Assembly (NCBI GenBank): GCA_030295235.1
Contig: AP026125.1
Coordinates: 1 to 64,000 of the forward strand
Length of the DNA stretch: 64,000 nt
Direction of reading: 5' to 3'
Source of the DNA: Fistulifera solaris
Lineage: Eukaryota
Below are positions 11,248 through 22,119 of the stretch, in pieces. The translations under genes and the position numbers were made by a program. Position 1 is the stretch's first letter; the number at the start of each line of letters is the position of its first letter. A model generated the notes under the pieces. It was not told the origin of the DNA. It ran no database searches and saw only the letters and a list, made by a program, of their open reading frames with translations.

Positions 11248-12217
11248 ACTGTTGCCGATATTGTTACTACCGAATTACCCCCTGCTGAACCTCCTCCCGG
11301 TCTTTCGGTTACTTCACATACTGTCCCCAAGTATACTACCCATTTTCCGCGACTATGTCCCTATTTTGGCTGGATCACCAATGACGTCAGTGTCCTTCTC
11401 CGCTTCTACTTAGGGCAGAGAGTACCAGTACTCTATGTGCGTGGCAATTATTGTTTTCCTTCCGAGTCCCCCGGCAGTCATGGGTTACAGTGTCAATATT
11501 TCTGAGCATGTTTGCCCCACCCTGTCCTGGGCAATACTTACTTCGGATCCTCAGCAAGTAATTGTTCGCTCCCAGGTCCCTCCCTACACTCTGGATGACC
11601 CTACTTTGCGCCGGCCTCTGACTGACGAAGAGTGTTCGCGATTTGTCCACTCCAGTTGTACAATCTTGTACATCCGCCCTTGAAGTGGATCCTGATGCTA
11701 TTGCTGATATCAGTCCTCCCGACGCCGCTGTCAGTCCTCAAGTACAGACTGCTACTTATGGTTCAATTTATTGCAGCGAGAACGCGGCGTTGAGCAGATC
11801 ATCGATCTCCGCAATACACCGCGATATTTAGGGGTACTGATTCGGCGAGAAGGCCTACATGTTTGGGGATAATGAGTCTGTTGTCAACAGTGCTACCATG
11901 GTACAAGCAAAGCTACACAAGAGACATACTATGCTCTCTTTTCACCGTGCGAGGCTATTAAGGCCAGGAATGGTTGCATTCTTGCAAGCAAACATTAGGG
12001 TTATTCGCAGATATGGAATCGCTTATACTTTTCTGGACTGGAGACACCGCAGAACTGAAGAACTGAAGAGTACTAAGTACTACTTTGGGTTAGAGAGATA
12101 TTTGTTTAGAGAGAAATGCATGTGTTAGTGATTAGGATTTAGGAAGAAAATGGAAGACCTTCGAACGAGAATGCGAGTCAGTTATTGCAGCCGCCGTGCC
12201 TTCGAGAAGACGGGGAG

Positions 12218-12965
12218 TGACAATTTTCTTAGCAAGTTTGAGTCATGTTAGTGACTGATTTTCCATAGTATTTGTGTAGTCTACTACTTATACTACACAA
12301 CGATGGTACACCGGTATTGCTATTTAGACTTCGACTGTCTATTTGAAGATAGAGTCACTTGGATACCATTCGGAGTTATTTGAAGTTGCAGTTACAAGGT
12401 TTGGATACCGTTGAGAGTGCAACGTCGACAATTTTGCAGACGTGGACATGTTTCTTCTCTTGCCACGACTGACTGTCACGTAGACCTTCAGTACATTTCT
12501 TACGTGTCGTAGTCAACCCACGGAAGCCTACGGAGCTATGTTCATTTTCTACAGGAATTCAGTACTTGTTTTCTTTGCCACCTCAGCACAAGTTCCTGAA
12601 GATTGGAGAAAGGTGTGCAATCATTTTCCATTAGAATAGGTCTCATAAAAATATAAAATTAGAAATCAATCAATCTATACCGAGTTTACTGAGTCTTCTT
12701 TGTGTGGTGAAATTCTCAAGGTCACAAACCTTGCGAGTCGATCTACATCCTTTGAGTCCAGGCAGGCAGGCAGTGAGTAAGTACGTAACAGGCGCACTGT
12801 GTGGTTGTCTTTGCTGATCATTGCAATCAAAGAGTGTTTGCGATATCAGTGCTTTCGCTTGTCAGTTGATCATCTCATCAAAGAGTGTTGAGTTGGTTGA
12901 TTGTCGCCTTTGCGTGAGGGTATTCCGCATTCGAATTCGTGAGCTATCTGTGCTTCGGAATTTCT
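12218..12965 (+). repeat. 3' LTR of Copia B, missing its terminal GTCA and TSD
   Basis: Matches 2497-3251, then diverges at ggaatttct|agttg. Confidence 0.9.
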
Positions 12966-12991
12966 AGTTGTTATTCCCTATCAAAATACAG

Positions 12992-14145
12992 TTACGAACG
13001 CAAGCTCGGCATAGCCGGTACCGAATGTGGGATGTTTTCGTCTTGATGACTTCATCAATGATTCCGTAATCCAAAGCCTCATAGGGGGTCATAAAGAAAT
13101 CACGATCCGTATCTTCTTCGATCTTTTCTACCGGCTGGTCGGTGTAATCGGCAATGTATTTGTTAAGCAAGGCCTTGGTAAAGAGAATCTCCTTGGCTTG
13201 GATTTCAATATCGGCCGCTTGTCCCTCGCGCACCACCCAACGGCTGATGAATCATAATACGGGCATTGGGAAGCGATTTATGCCTGCCCGGCACCCAACA
13301 GAAACGCACCCATACTCGCTGGCCATCCCGAAACAAACCGTTTGCACATCGCACGGAATGAATTTCATGGTATCATAAATCGCCAGACCCGCCGAAACCG
13401 AACCACCCGGGTGAATTGATGTAAAGAGTAATGTCTTTGTTGGGATCCTCGCTCAGCGAGATACAAGAGCTGTGCCACCAATACATTCGCTACTTCATCA
13501 TTGACATCCGCTCCCAAGAGTAAGATTCGATCTTTGAGCAATCGCGACACGACATCAAGTTGACCATTCTTTCCATCGACCGTCGGGTAACGGAGGCGGA
13601 CGAGGAGGTTTGGGAGCTGGTTTCGATGGTTCATCTGGTTTATTGGGCTGATATTGTGTAAGAATGTGGGTGAGTCTTCATATGTACTCCATAAATAAAA
13701 GACAACGACAAGACGACTGCAAAAAGGAACGAGCATTCTTCGCATTTATTACAGATAATGCTAACAGTCTCTAAACAAAAGCTAAGGCTTCTTACCTCAT
13801 CCGGCATCATGAAAGGAGAATACTGGAGACTAATCATACATTTATGAAATAATAAGAGAACAACGAATGAGGAAAAAGTGGATCGACCATTGTCAGACGG
13901 CGTCACGTGCGCTAAAATCCTTCTTACCTAGACGAACGCATCGCCGATGGAGCCACTTGAAAGGCATCTGCTTGAAATTTGAAAAAAGGATAACGTTAGT
14001 GAGCGGAAAGAGGAGCAGGGAAAGGGAGCTTTACGGAACTCAAACTCCTCTCGTTGTCATCCTTGTTTTGTGTTTTTCAAGAAAATAATTACTTACCCGA
14101 TGCCGTGAAGGCCAAGGAAAGCAAGATTAACAACTTCTGTCTCAT
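12992..14145 (-). CDS. clpP: ATP-dependent Clp protease proteolytic subunit, nucleus-encoded, probably plastid-targeted (3 introns, frameshifts)
   Basis: [61 protein letters not shown]; spliced N-terminus [21 protein letters not shown] is a signal peptide plus ASAFAP-like Phe. Confidence 0.92.
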
Positions 14146-14591
14146 TTTTCCTTCAAATACGAGAAACAACTATGTTTATTGTTTAAGTTAATGGGATGAG
14201 AACGAAGATGACGGTGAGATGCGCGTCGTATTGTCGTTCCTTTATTATTTGCTCGACGACGAACAGCTGGAGCTTTCGCACGGACGTCAGTCAGGTGAAT
14301 TTAGCGCGGTGCGACCTAAAGCGCACCTAGACCTAAATAGTACAAAACGTGACGTCAAGACGCTCTGTGCGTCATCCGTCCTCGGTTGGACCCTTCTCCA
14401 CGCGCTCCACTCGCTTTTTCGCCCTCGATCGATGCATTTGCTTTTTGTTTTTATTTTTTTGCTCCGCGTCGTGTCCGTGTCTTTCGAGAAGTAAAAAAAA
14501 AGAAGTCGACTGGTGCAATAATCAGACACAAGGAGCAGGAAACAATTAACAAAGCAGTAAAGAAGAATACTAAGCAAAACAAACTATTATT

Positions 14592-16540
14592 ATGGCTTCC
14601 ACCGGAAAATTTGAAACTGACAAAACAGTCGAAGGTCATCGAGGCTCCTCCGATGGTCCGCGTTCTTCGAACCGACCACGTGAACCGACCCGTAGTGAAC
14701 AGGGATCATCGTGGAGACGAGGAGGCGAGGGACGCGGCGGTGAAGGTCGGTTTTCGGAACGAAACAACAATGAACGAGGAAGCTGGCGCGGAGGGGATCG
14801 ATCAAAAGGAGACGGAGGACGCTTGTCGCGAGGAGGAGATCGTGCTGGCCCCGACAGTGCTCCTTCTAGTGGAGAACGTCCCCGTTTTCAATTGAGGCAG
14901 AAAGGGGCACGGGAAAATGAAGATGTCACTGCGCAGATGGAAAAGCTAGATGTTCAAGACAATGATAAATCGACAACCGACAACAAGGCGAATGGCAATA
15001 ATGAGGCGCCGGCGGAACGACACCGACGTGAACCCGAAGTCGTCAATTCGCGTGCGGCAGGATTATCGGAGGTGACAACTCGTCTTCCTTTCGACGAGAG
15101 GTACGTATAAATGAAGCCGGCAATAAGGGTCGCTGTTTGTCTTGTTTGTTCTGATTCATTTTCTTTCACAGAATCGGGAACGTGGATCTGCACCCGGTCG
15201 AGGAGGGGGGAAGTGACAGTTTCCGCCGCGACGACAGAGGACCACCTCCGACCACCAACTCACGTTTTGCTGCGGCGGCCGAAGCCGATCGATCCAATCG
15301 TGACGAAAGGGGACCACCTCCTACGATCAATTCACGTTTTGCTGCGGCAGCCGAAGCGGATCGATCGAGACGCGAGGAGCGCGGACCTCCTCCAGTTGCC
15401 AATTCGCGTTTCGCCGCGGCGGCAGAGGCAGATCGATCCAGTCGTGATGAACTTCGTCGCGATGAAGGGGACCACCGCCCATGGCCAACTCTCGCTTTGC
15501 AGCTGCGGCGGCCTTGGCGGAACAGGAGAATATGGAGCGTGAACAACGGCGTGCGGAGTATGCAGAAGAGCGAAAAGCGGGCGGTAGTAGGTTTGATCGG
15601 GCGGTCCTCCGCTACCGCAAAGTTCACGATTTGCTTCGGCGGTAATGGCCGATAGTGACTATGTGGATCGTGAAGAGCGATTTCGTCGAAATGCGGAACG
15701 TCAAAATGAAAGACAGGAAGGAGGACCGCGCGAGGATCGACGATTTGGAGGGCCGCGCGAAGATAGAGGATATGGCGTGCCTCGTCATAATCCAGCTCCG
15801 GAACCAGAAAAGGATTATTTCGAATTGAGGAAAGAACAGAACAACAAGGTTGCGGAGTTGCTGAAACCGAAAGCTCGGCCCGTTGAAGACAACATACTGA
15901 AGATTCCCGACAAGCCCGCCCCTCAGCATGAAGAGAACATGCTTGAAATGCCTAGCAAGGAAGTTAAAAAGAACCGGCACTTGCCCCGGTACCCAAAGCC
16001 AAAGAACCAGAAGCTCCTGTACCGGCTCCTCCAGCGAAACATTCAGAAGAGTCTCTCCAAGAATTCATCCGCGGCGACAAGCAAGGTGACGAGTTAAAAG
16101 CGTGGTGCGAGTCACAAGGTGCTGCATTACCGCCCGTCAAGCGCTTAGTGTTCAGTCTACTATCCGAGAAGGAAAAGCTCAATCCCGACATTCATTGTTC
16201 TTGGGCGGAGCCCTCTAAGTTCGGTGCTGCGTTTTTGAGTATGGTCGAAGACGATTTGTACGGTCAAATGCAAATTCTCTGGGGTATTCAGCAATATTGC
16301 GATAGCTTGGGTTTCCCGAAGCTCAATGAAGAATCTGTAGTCCAAGCCATGTTCCGGGCCATGTACAAGTTTGATCTAGCATCCGATGATGCCTTTCAAG
16401 CGTGGAAGGAAGACGAGTCGCCCGAACACGAAAAGGGAAAAGTAACAGCTATTATTCAGACAATAGACTGGTTCAACTGGTTGGAGGAAGATGAAGATGA
16501 AGATGGCGAAGAAGATGAGGAGTACGAAGAAGAAGAATAA
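14592..16540 (+). CDS. W2 (eIF4G/eIF5/eIF2B-epsilon C-terminal) domain protein with RGG-rich repetitive N-terminus; one intron ~15101-15171, frameshifts
   Basis: C-terminal MYKFDLASDDAFQAWKED...KGKVTAIIQTIDWFNWLEEDEDE is a W2 AA-box pattern. Confidence 0.8.
15231..15520 (+). repeat. Coding tandem repeat, four units of about 66-75 bp (GPPPxxNSRFAAAAEADR)
   Basis: Seen directly in DNA and translation. Confidence 0.9.
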
Positions 16541-16643
16541 GCTACTAGTAAACTACCTAGTGAGTACTACTCTTATCATCTTGTCCTTAGAGTGAAACTA
16601 CTAGAGCAACAAAGAGTAACTATTTCTGTTTCCTTTATTGTAA

Positions 16644-17153
16644 TTATTCGTATCCACATGTAAGTGTGCAGTTTGTGAGAGAAGTTCTTGCGCGAAGCAT
16701 GATGTAGCAATACCAGTCATCGCCGATACCTCGGATCTCACAGCTCTCGGGCGCGTTTCCTGCCGATTCAGCTACACATTCATATTCAGCCGCGTCGTTC
16801 CAGTCATTGAGGAATTCCGGATAAATCCAGTAGCCTTCGTAATCTGTCATGTACAAGTTCACATTACCATCCTGACAACTGACCTCACAAGAGCAAAAAT
16901 CGCGTCGATTATCTGAAGGAGCCAAATAATACAAACGGAAAAGACCGAGAGGCAGAGCCGCGATTTCCGAGGTTTGTCCTGATTCCAGCAAAATACCTCG
17001 CTGCGGACCGTTGCATTGATGCAGCATGTTGCGATCAAAGAGTGTTTCGAAGTTGCTATTGTAAACACCGAACGTCGCAGCGACAAAGAGCAACAATGTG
17101 CTTCCGAGAGCAATCATTGTGCGGGAGATCTTTCGTTCTGGTTGCGCAGTCAT
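16644..17153 (-). CDS. Cys-rich signal-anchored protein with PPC-like domain, paralogue 1
   Basis: 169-aa ORF with hydrophobic N-terminus and GNVNLYM..YECVAESAGNAPESC..YIMLRA; clear paralogue of 17889-18407. Confidence 0.75.
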   Translation of the reverse strand: MTAQPERKISRTMIALGSTLLLFVAATFGVYNSNFETLFDRNMLHQCNGPQRGILLESGQTSEIAALPLGLFRLYYLAPSDNRRDFCSCEVSCQDGNVNLYMTDYEGYWIYPEFLNDWNDAAEYECVAESAGNAPESCEIRGIGDDWYCYIMLRARTSLTNCTLTCGYE

Positions 17154-17888
17154 CTTCGGAATGAGTTTGTAAGTTCAACAAGGAAGGAAAGGAACGCTCT
17201 GCGCCTTTGAGAAAGCGAGGAATGAAGAAAGGCGAGGATTGGTGCAAGGCGTTTTTGTTGGGCGAACAAAGTAGGCGGTGATTGGAGATTGGAGGAGTGA
17301 ATCTCTTACTAAATAGATGAGTCAACGCCTCAACGGCTATAATTCACTATAGCAGAATGTACATAATAAAATTATTACCGTTGAAGTCCTAAATCTCGTA
17401 GGAATTCTGTACATGTGACTCACATTGACAGTACTTTTCTTTGCACCTCTGACACGACACAATCGCCAATGACTGAATATTTAGCTTAAGTATTGAACGT
17501 CTTAAACATGTGTTTGCCTAAGTAAAACAGAATGGCAAAGGAAAACGTCATCTTGAGTCCGAACCCTAAGACCGAAACTGAAAGTTTCGTCCGCTAATTT
17601 GGCTAGGAAGGAGGCTCTTGATTTCGGCTCTTGTTGATCTATTTTCAAATTAGACCGACCGAGTTTTGAACTGAAAAGTAGACTTCCTGTCGATGACTGA
17701 AAGAAGCGCAAGGATGGCCGACCAAGATTCCTGACACGACAGGATTGACTTGTAAGGTATGAACTACTCGGTTTAATCTAAGAGAGATGTTGAATCAAGT
17801 AGCCTAGTCTAAACTATATAAGTGAAGAAAGAACCCTGCTTTAACCCTGCCTTTCTTATTATCTCGTTTATTAACGAAATGTGCTTCT

Positions 17889-18407
17889 TTAAATGTATTC
17901 GCACACCATATTGCAGCCGGTGGCGGAAGTTCTAGCACGCACCATCGCGTAGCAGTACCAGTCATCGTTCACTCCACGAATCGAGCAAGTCTCTTTGGTA
18001 TTACCACTTCGCTCAGAAACGCACTCGTACTCTTCTTCGTCTGCCCAGTTGTTGAGGAAATCGGGATAAATCCAGAAGGCTTCGAGATCAGTCATGTACA
18101 AATCGACATTGCCCGTAGCGCACACCACTTCACACTGACAAAAGTCGTTTCTGTTGACACTCCCAACCGGCATGTAGTAAAGACGGACCGTAGCTCGAGG
18201 CATAGCCGCCACGAAACTTGTTTCTCCCGGAGAAAGTTTTTGACCGCGTTTCGGACCGTTGCACTGATGAAGCATGTTGCGGTCGAGAAGAGTCTCGAAC
18301 GAAACAGAGCCATTGTAGACACCCAAAGCGGCCGCGGCAAAGAGCAAGGCAGTGCTGCCAAGAGCTACCAAGGTACGAGAGATCTTGCGCGGTTCTTGAG
18401 AAGTCAT
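17889..18407 (-). CDS. Cys-rich signal-anchored protein with PPC-like domain, paralogue 2
   Basis: Start MTSQEPRKIS aligns with paralogue 1; shared DRNMLHQCNGP, WIYPxFLNxW and DDWYCY. Confidence 0.75.
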   Translation of the reverse strand: MTSQEPRKISRTLVALGSTALLFAAAALGVYNGSVSFETLLDRNMLHQCNGPKRGQKLSPGETSFVAAMPRATVRLYYMPVGSVNRNDFCQCEVVCATGNVDLYMTDLEAFWIYPDFLNNWADEEEYECVSERSGNTKETCSIRGVNDDWYCYAMVRARTSATGCNMVCEYI

Positions 18408-19388
18408 GATTACAGAGAAAATGGGAAGAAGAATGAATGCTTGTTGCTTTGCAATGCTGCTCGCGAGAAATGGGGGCACTTTCGAGATGATGTGAGGTTT
18501 ATCGTTGGGAAATTTCCCAGGGCTGACTGTTGCTTTCGACATGTAAGCTTGTGTATCTTCTAAATTGTACCGTACAGAGAGAGTCACATGTTTCATCATC
18601 GCTATCTTAACTCAAAACTCTATAATGGCACGCGCCCTTTCGAAAATGCTCCTAAGTATTCTTGTCGTTCATATGTATCACTGAACTAGAATGTACAATC
18701 CAAATTACAGTCAATCTTACGAAAGACTGAAAAATGACCGTTTCATTTTTTTGAAAAAAGTACCAGGTAGTTCGAGAATTTATTTATTGACAGTGATCGG
18801 TGATAGGTGATAGATGATCGATCTTATTGATTTTATGTGCATCGTCGAGAGCTACCTGGTACTGCGATGCGATTCGCAACTATTATTTGTTTTCGCGTCA
18901 CATTTTGAGCGGAATAATCGTCGAATACTCATACCTTTGTGTTTAGAACGGGCGCAGGGCGTAGAGAACAAATTGCTTGACTGAATAACCCAGAAGAAAT
19001 CACCTAACAAGCCAATGATGTTCTGTGCGGTTGTCAAAAGTCAAAATAGGAAGGATCATGCGCTTAATCATAAGCACCATGAGTCTCGAAGAAAGATGAA
19101 GCAGATCATCATCGAGTAGATGTGGGCTCGCAATGCAGCAGAATCATCACTCTTATTTGCTCGGAACGAGGACTTTGTGTGTTGTGTGCAACCGAAACAG
19201 CAGCGATAAAATTCAATTCGGCGTTGCGCAGCAAATTCGAAACTTTCTATGATCTATTTGCTTCATGAACCATTTTTTTAGCAAATTTTGACCAAGAGTT
19301 TCAAGCAAGCGAAAACATTTCACGAAAAGAGAGTTATCAGAGCGCTGTTGGTTTCGATCGGTCCTGTCGAATCGCTTTCATTTGTTCG

Positions 19389-21439
19389 TTATAACGCGCG
19401 GAACATTCCATCAAAGCTAAATTGCCAGCATTTTTGCGCTCTTCCGCCTCCTCTCCTTTTTTTCTTCCACATCTCAAGTTCGCCATCGTTACCGCCTTTC
19501 AGATGTAAAGCATGGATCTTTTCCTTGCAAAAGCCTTCTTCGGTCATTGCATTCGATATAGCTGTCAAGATCGGGTCGGATTCATTCAGCTGGCTTGTAA
19601 AACAATCAACCACGGCTTGGCAATATTCGACAGCTTCTGTATCCGAAACAGCTTGGGCATCCGATAGAGCGCGCATGGCCTTACTCACTTCTATGGATAG
19701 AAATAAGGTCAAAAAGTTACGAATTCCTGTGCGATGCAAAAAAACTATAAGGGGAATCTGGTCATTATGCGTGTAAAGGAACACCGACACTTACCGAAAC
19801 CGCCGCAACCCGGTTTGATGGCGACGGGGCATCCGTTTTCGTCGTGGCGTTCCGAGCACACCCTTTGTATGAATTCCAAAAAGGCGCTTCGTCTTTCGGC
19901 TGTTTTTGCAAGATATTGGATGTAAAGATCTGATACAACAGGTCTTCTCCTTGAATGTCAACGAGAATCTGGTTACGCACGATGGCCAAGTAGGTCGCTT
20001 CGGACACATGAGACCCCAGAAGTAAAAAAAGGTTTCGATACCGCGAAAGACAGATGCATTCCAACAAGCTTTCTTTCTTCTCTGATAACATGGCTGTCGA
20101 CTCGTTTTCGCTGATACACGGCTCTATAATTGCACGAATTCTATCTCGGTCAGTCGTAAGGTCCACGGCGCCATCTTTTGAAAGTATATCTTCGGTTCGT
20201 AGTGCGTATAAAAGTTTTCTCGCAGTAGCCGCATCTATACCACCTTCCATTTCCAAATCTCTCGAAGTGAGAATGCCGTAATAGCTCCGCGGAATTTGGA
20301 GAAAAGTGAAACCCTCACCCAGTACCAGGCGATGGTCGTTTGCCTGTTGAACAAAGTCCACGAGACTCTCGACCCGTGACGCAATATGTTGTACTCCTTG
20401 TCCGAGTTGATCCAAAAAGCCGTGAACATGACCTACATCACTTAAAGCGTTGTTGATTGGAAGATATACCTGACTTTGATCTCGCAATGCTGTCGCTGGA
20501 TTTGTTGTTTGAAAGAGTGAAGTGTTTCCGGTGACAGTACTCTCGATCTGAGCTTCTCCGGCAGCAACGACGCCCGCATTAAAGTCGACTTTGGGAGTAA
20601 ATCCGAGCGTATCATGAAGAGTATCGAGAAAATCGGTTCGACTGTGAACATTCGAAACCCAATGATCGAAATAGGCCGCATACGTTGGTTGGTGGAACTC
20701 GGATTTCACCTTCTCGAACCCTGTGGCTTCATAGAACGCATCATCGCTAGAACTTCCGATAAAACGAAGAATCGTTCCCTCATCCGGTTGTTCCTTGTTG
20801 CTGTCTCGATAGTAAGCGTATACTTCCAGTACTTTGACATTCTGACCAATGTTTTGGTAGCTGTCGATCAATTTCGGGTGCTTTTCTTGATACCGCTGCA
20901 AAATGCCGCGAATGTCATTCACTGCAAATCCCAAAACACCGATACCCAAATGTCCATCGTGTGTTTGAAGAAAGCGGTCATATTTCTCTAGATTATTGAA
21001 AAGAATTTTAGAGAAATACAGTGTCTGCGTACGAAAGGGATAATCTCATTGACTACACTCACCGTTGGTAAACAAACTTGAAGAGTTATTTTGTTCCGTA
21101 TTTCGGGCCGTGATAATAAACTGCACTCCTTGAGGGTCTTTTGAGGTGACTAGCAGTCGTTGTGGTCCTGCTCGTGTGATTCGAAATCCCAGGCCCGCTA
21201 CGAATTGCTTCACAATGTCACGTCCGTGTGAAACGAATGGAGGGGGTGAAATCATTCCAGATAGCTGCTCCCACGCCTGCTTTTTTTGAATGCACATCGT
21301 CGCAAGCACCACTAGCATGATGTTGGTAGAAGGCATTTAGCCTGTCCTGAAACCTCTGATAGCTCGATAGCTCGTCCAAATGATCTACAAAGAGTTGCAC
21401 ATGAGAGAAGGAAACTTGAAAGGTGCTTGGGTCGTCCAT
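19389..21439 (-). CDS. 4-hydroxyphenylpyruvate dioxygenase-like (VOC fold) protein; 2 introns, frameshifts
   Basis: FDHWVSNV, GQGVQHIASRV, LVD..GEDLLYQIFT, EFIQRVC, GGFGIRNFLTLFLSIE. Confidence 0.8.
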
Positions 21440-22119
21440 TTTCGAGTGAAGGAAACGAGAATTAATAACCGTTTACGATAAGAATGCTCTACTGTCGTCT
21501 GGATTCATAAAAACAATGAAAGGAAGTCAGTCGTAAGAATGGTGATGGCATGATTGTTCTTTTCATGGTCCATTTATGCCAAACGGTGCGAAAAGAATTC
21601 GGCGTGTTGACACTTTTCACTTTTGTTTTGAATGGGTGCCGATAGGATCTTTAATCGAATTATATTTAACGATTAACGATGAGCGATATTATTTCGGGAC
21701 TAAATGTCTTCAGTCTTCAGGCAGAATGATTGCAAAAGATCTAAGGTTTATATTGCGGAGTAATCTCCAAGTGGTGATCTCATTTCATGGCAGAAAATTA
21801 AGTCAAAGGAATGTCCGTTGAAGCGAAAAAGAAAGATTCTCTGAAACGCGTAGTTAGCATCGTTGTAAAACAGTATCTTCTTGCAAAAGTCTATGACTGA
21901 GCAGTCGACAAACACCTGCAGCCCATTTTGCATTCGATGATGAATAATGGAATAGTAGTACTCTTTCGGGAAGAGAGCTGCCTCGCTACCTAAATTCTCT
22001 TGGCGTACAGAGTCCACTTCCTTACATTGCATCCCCCCACAGGCAATTTCGATGCATCATCTTATGATTAAACAGACTACTCATTTTTTGGAAACAAAAT
22101 CAGTCAAATTTTAAAATCA

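Larger units (their letters stand above)
2497..12965 (+). mobile_element. Ty1/Copia (CoDi-like) element B, internally deleted and non-autonomous, carrying two nested insertions
   Basis: Near-identical LTRs at 2497-3255 and 12218-12965; gag from ATG 4249 (MVLLRSQGRIAFDH, GIKRD, QVRAQNVS); protease-region remnant (DHQMTGLK); post-integrase remnant (ISEHV..ILTSDPQQVIVRSQV); RNase H remnant (MFGDNESVVNS..KLHKRH); PPT gagaagacggggag at 12204-12217. Confidence 0.92.

Noticed and set aside
15231..15520. CRISPR-like repeat-spacer array
   Set aside because: In-frame coding repeat in a eukaryotic gene; no cas genes
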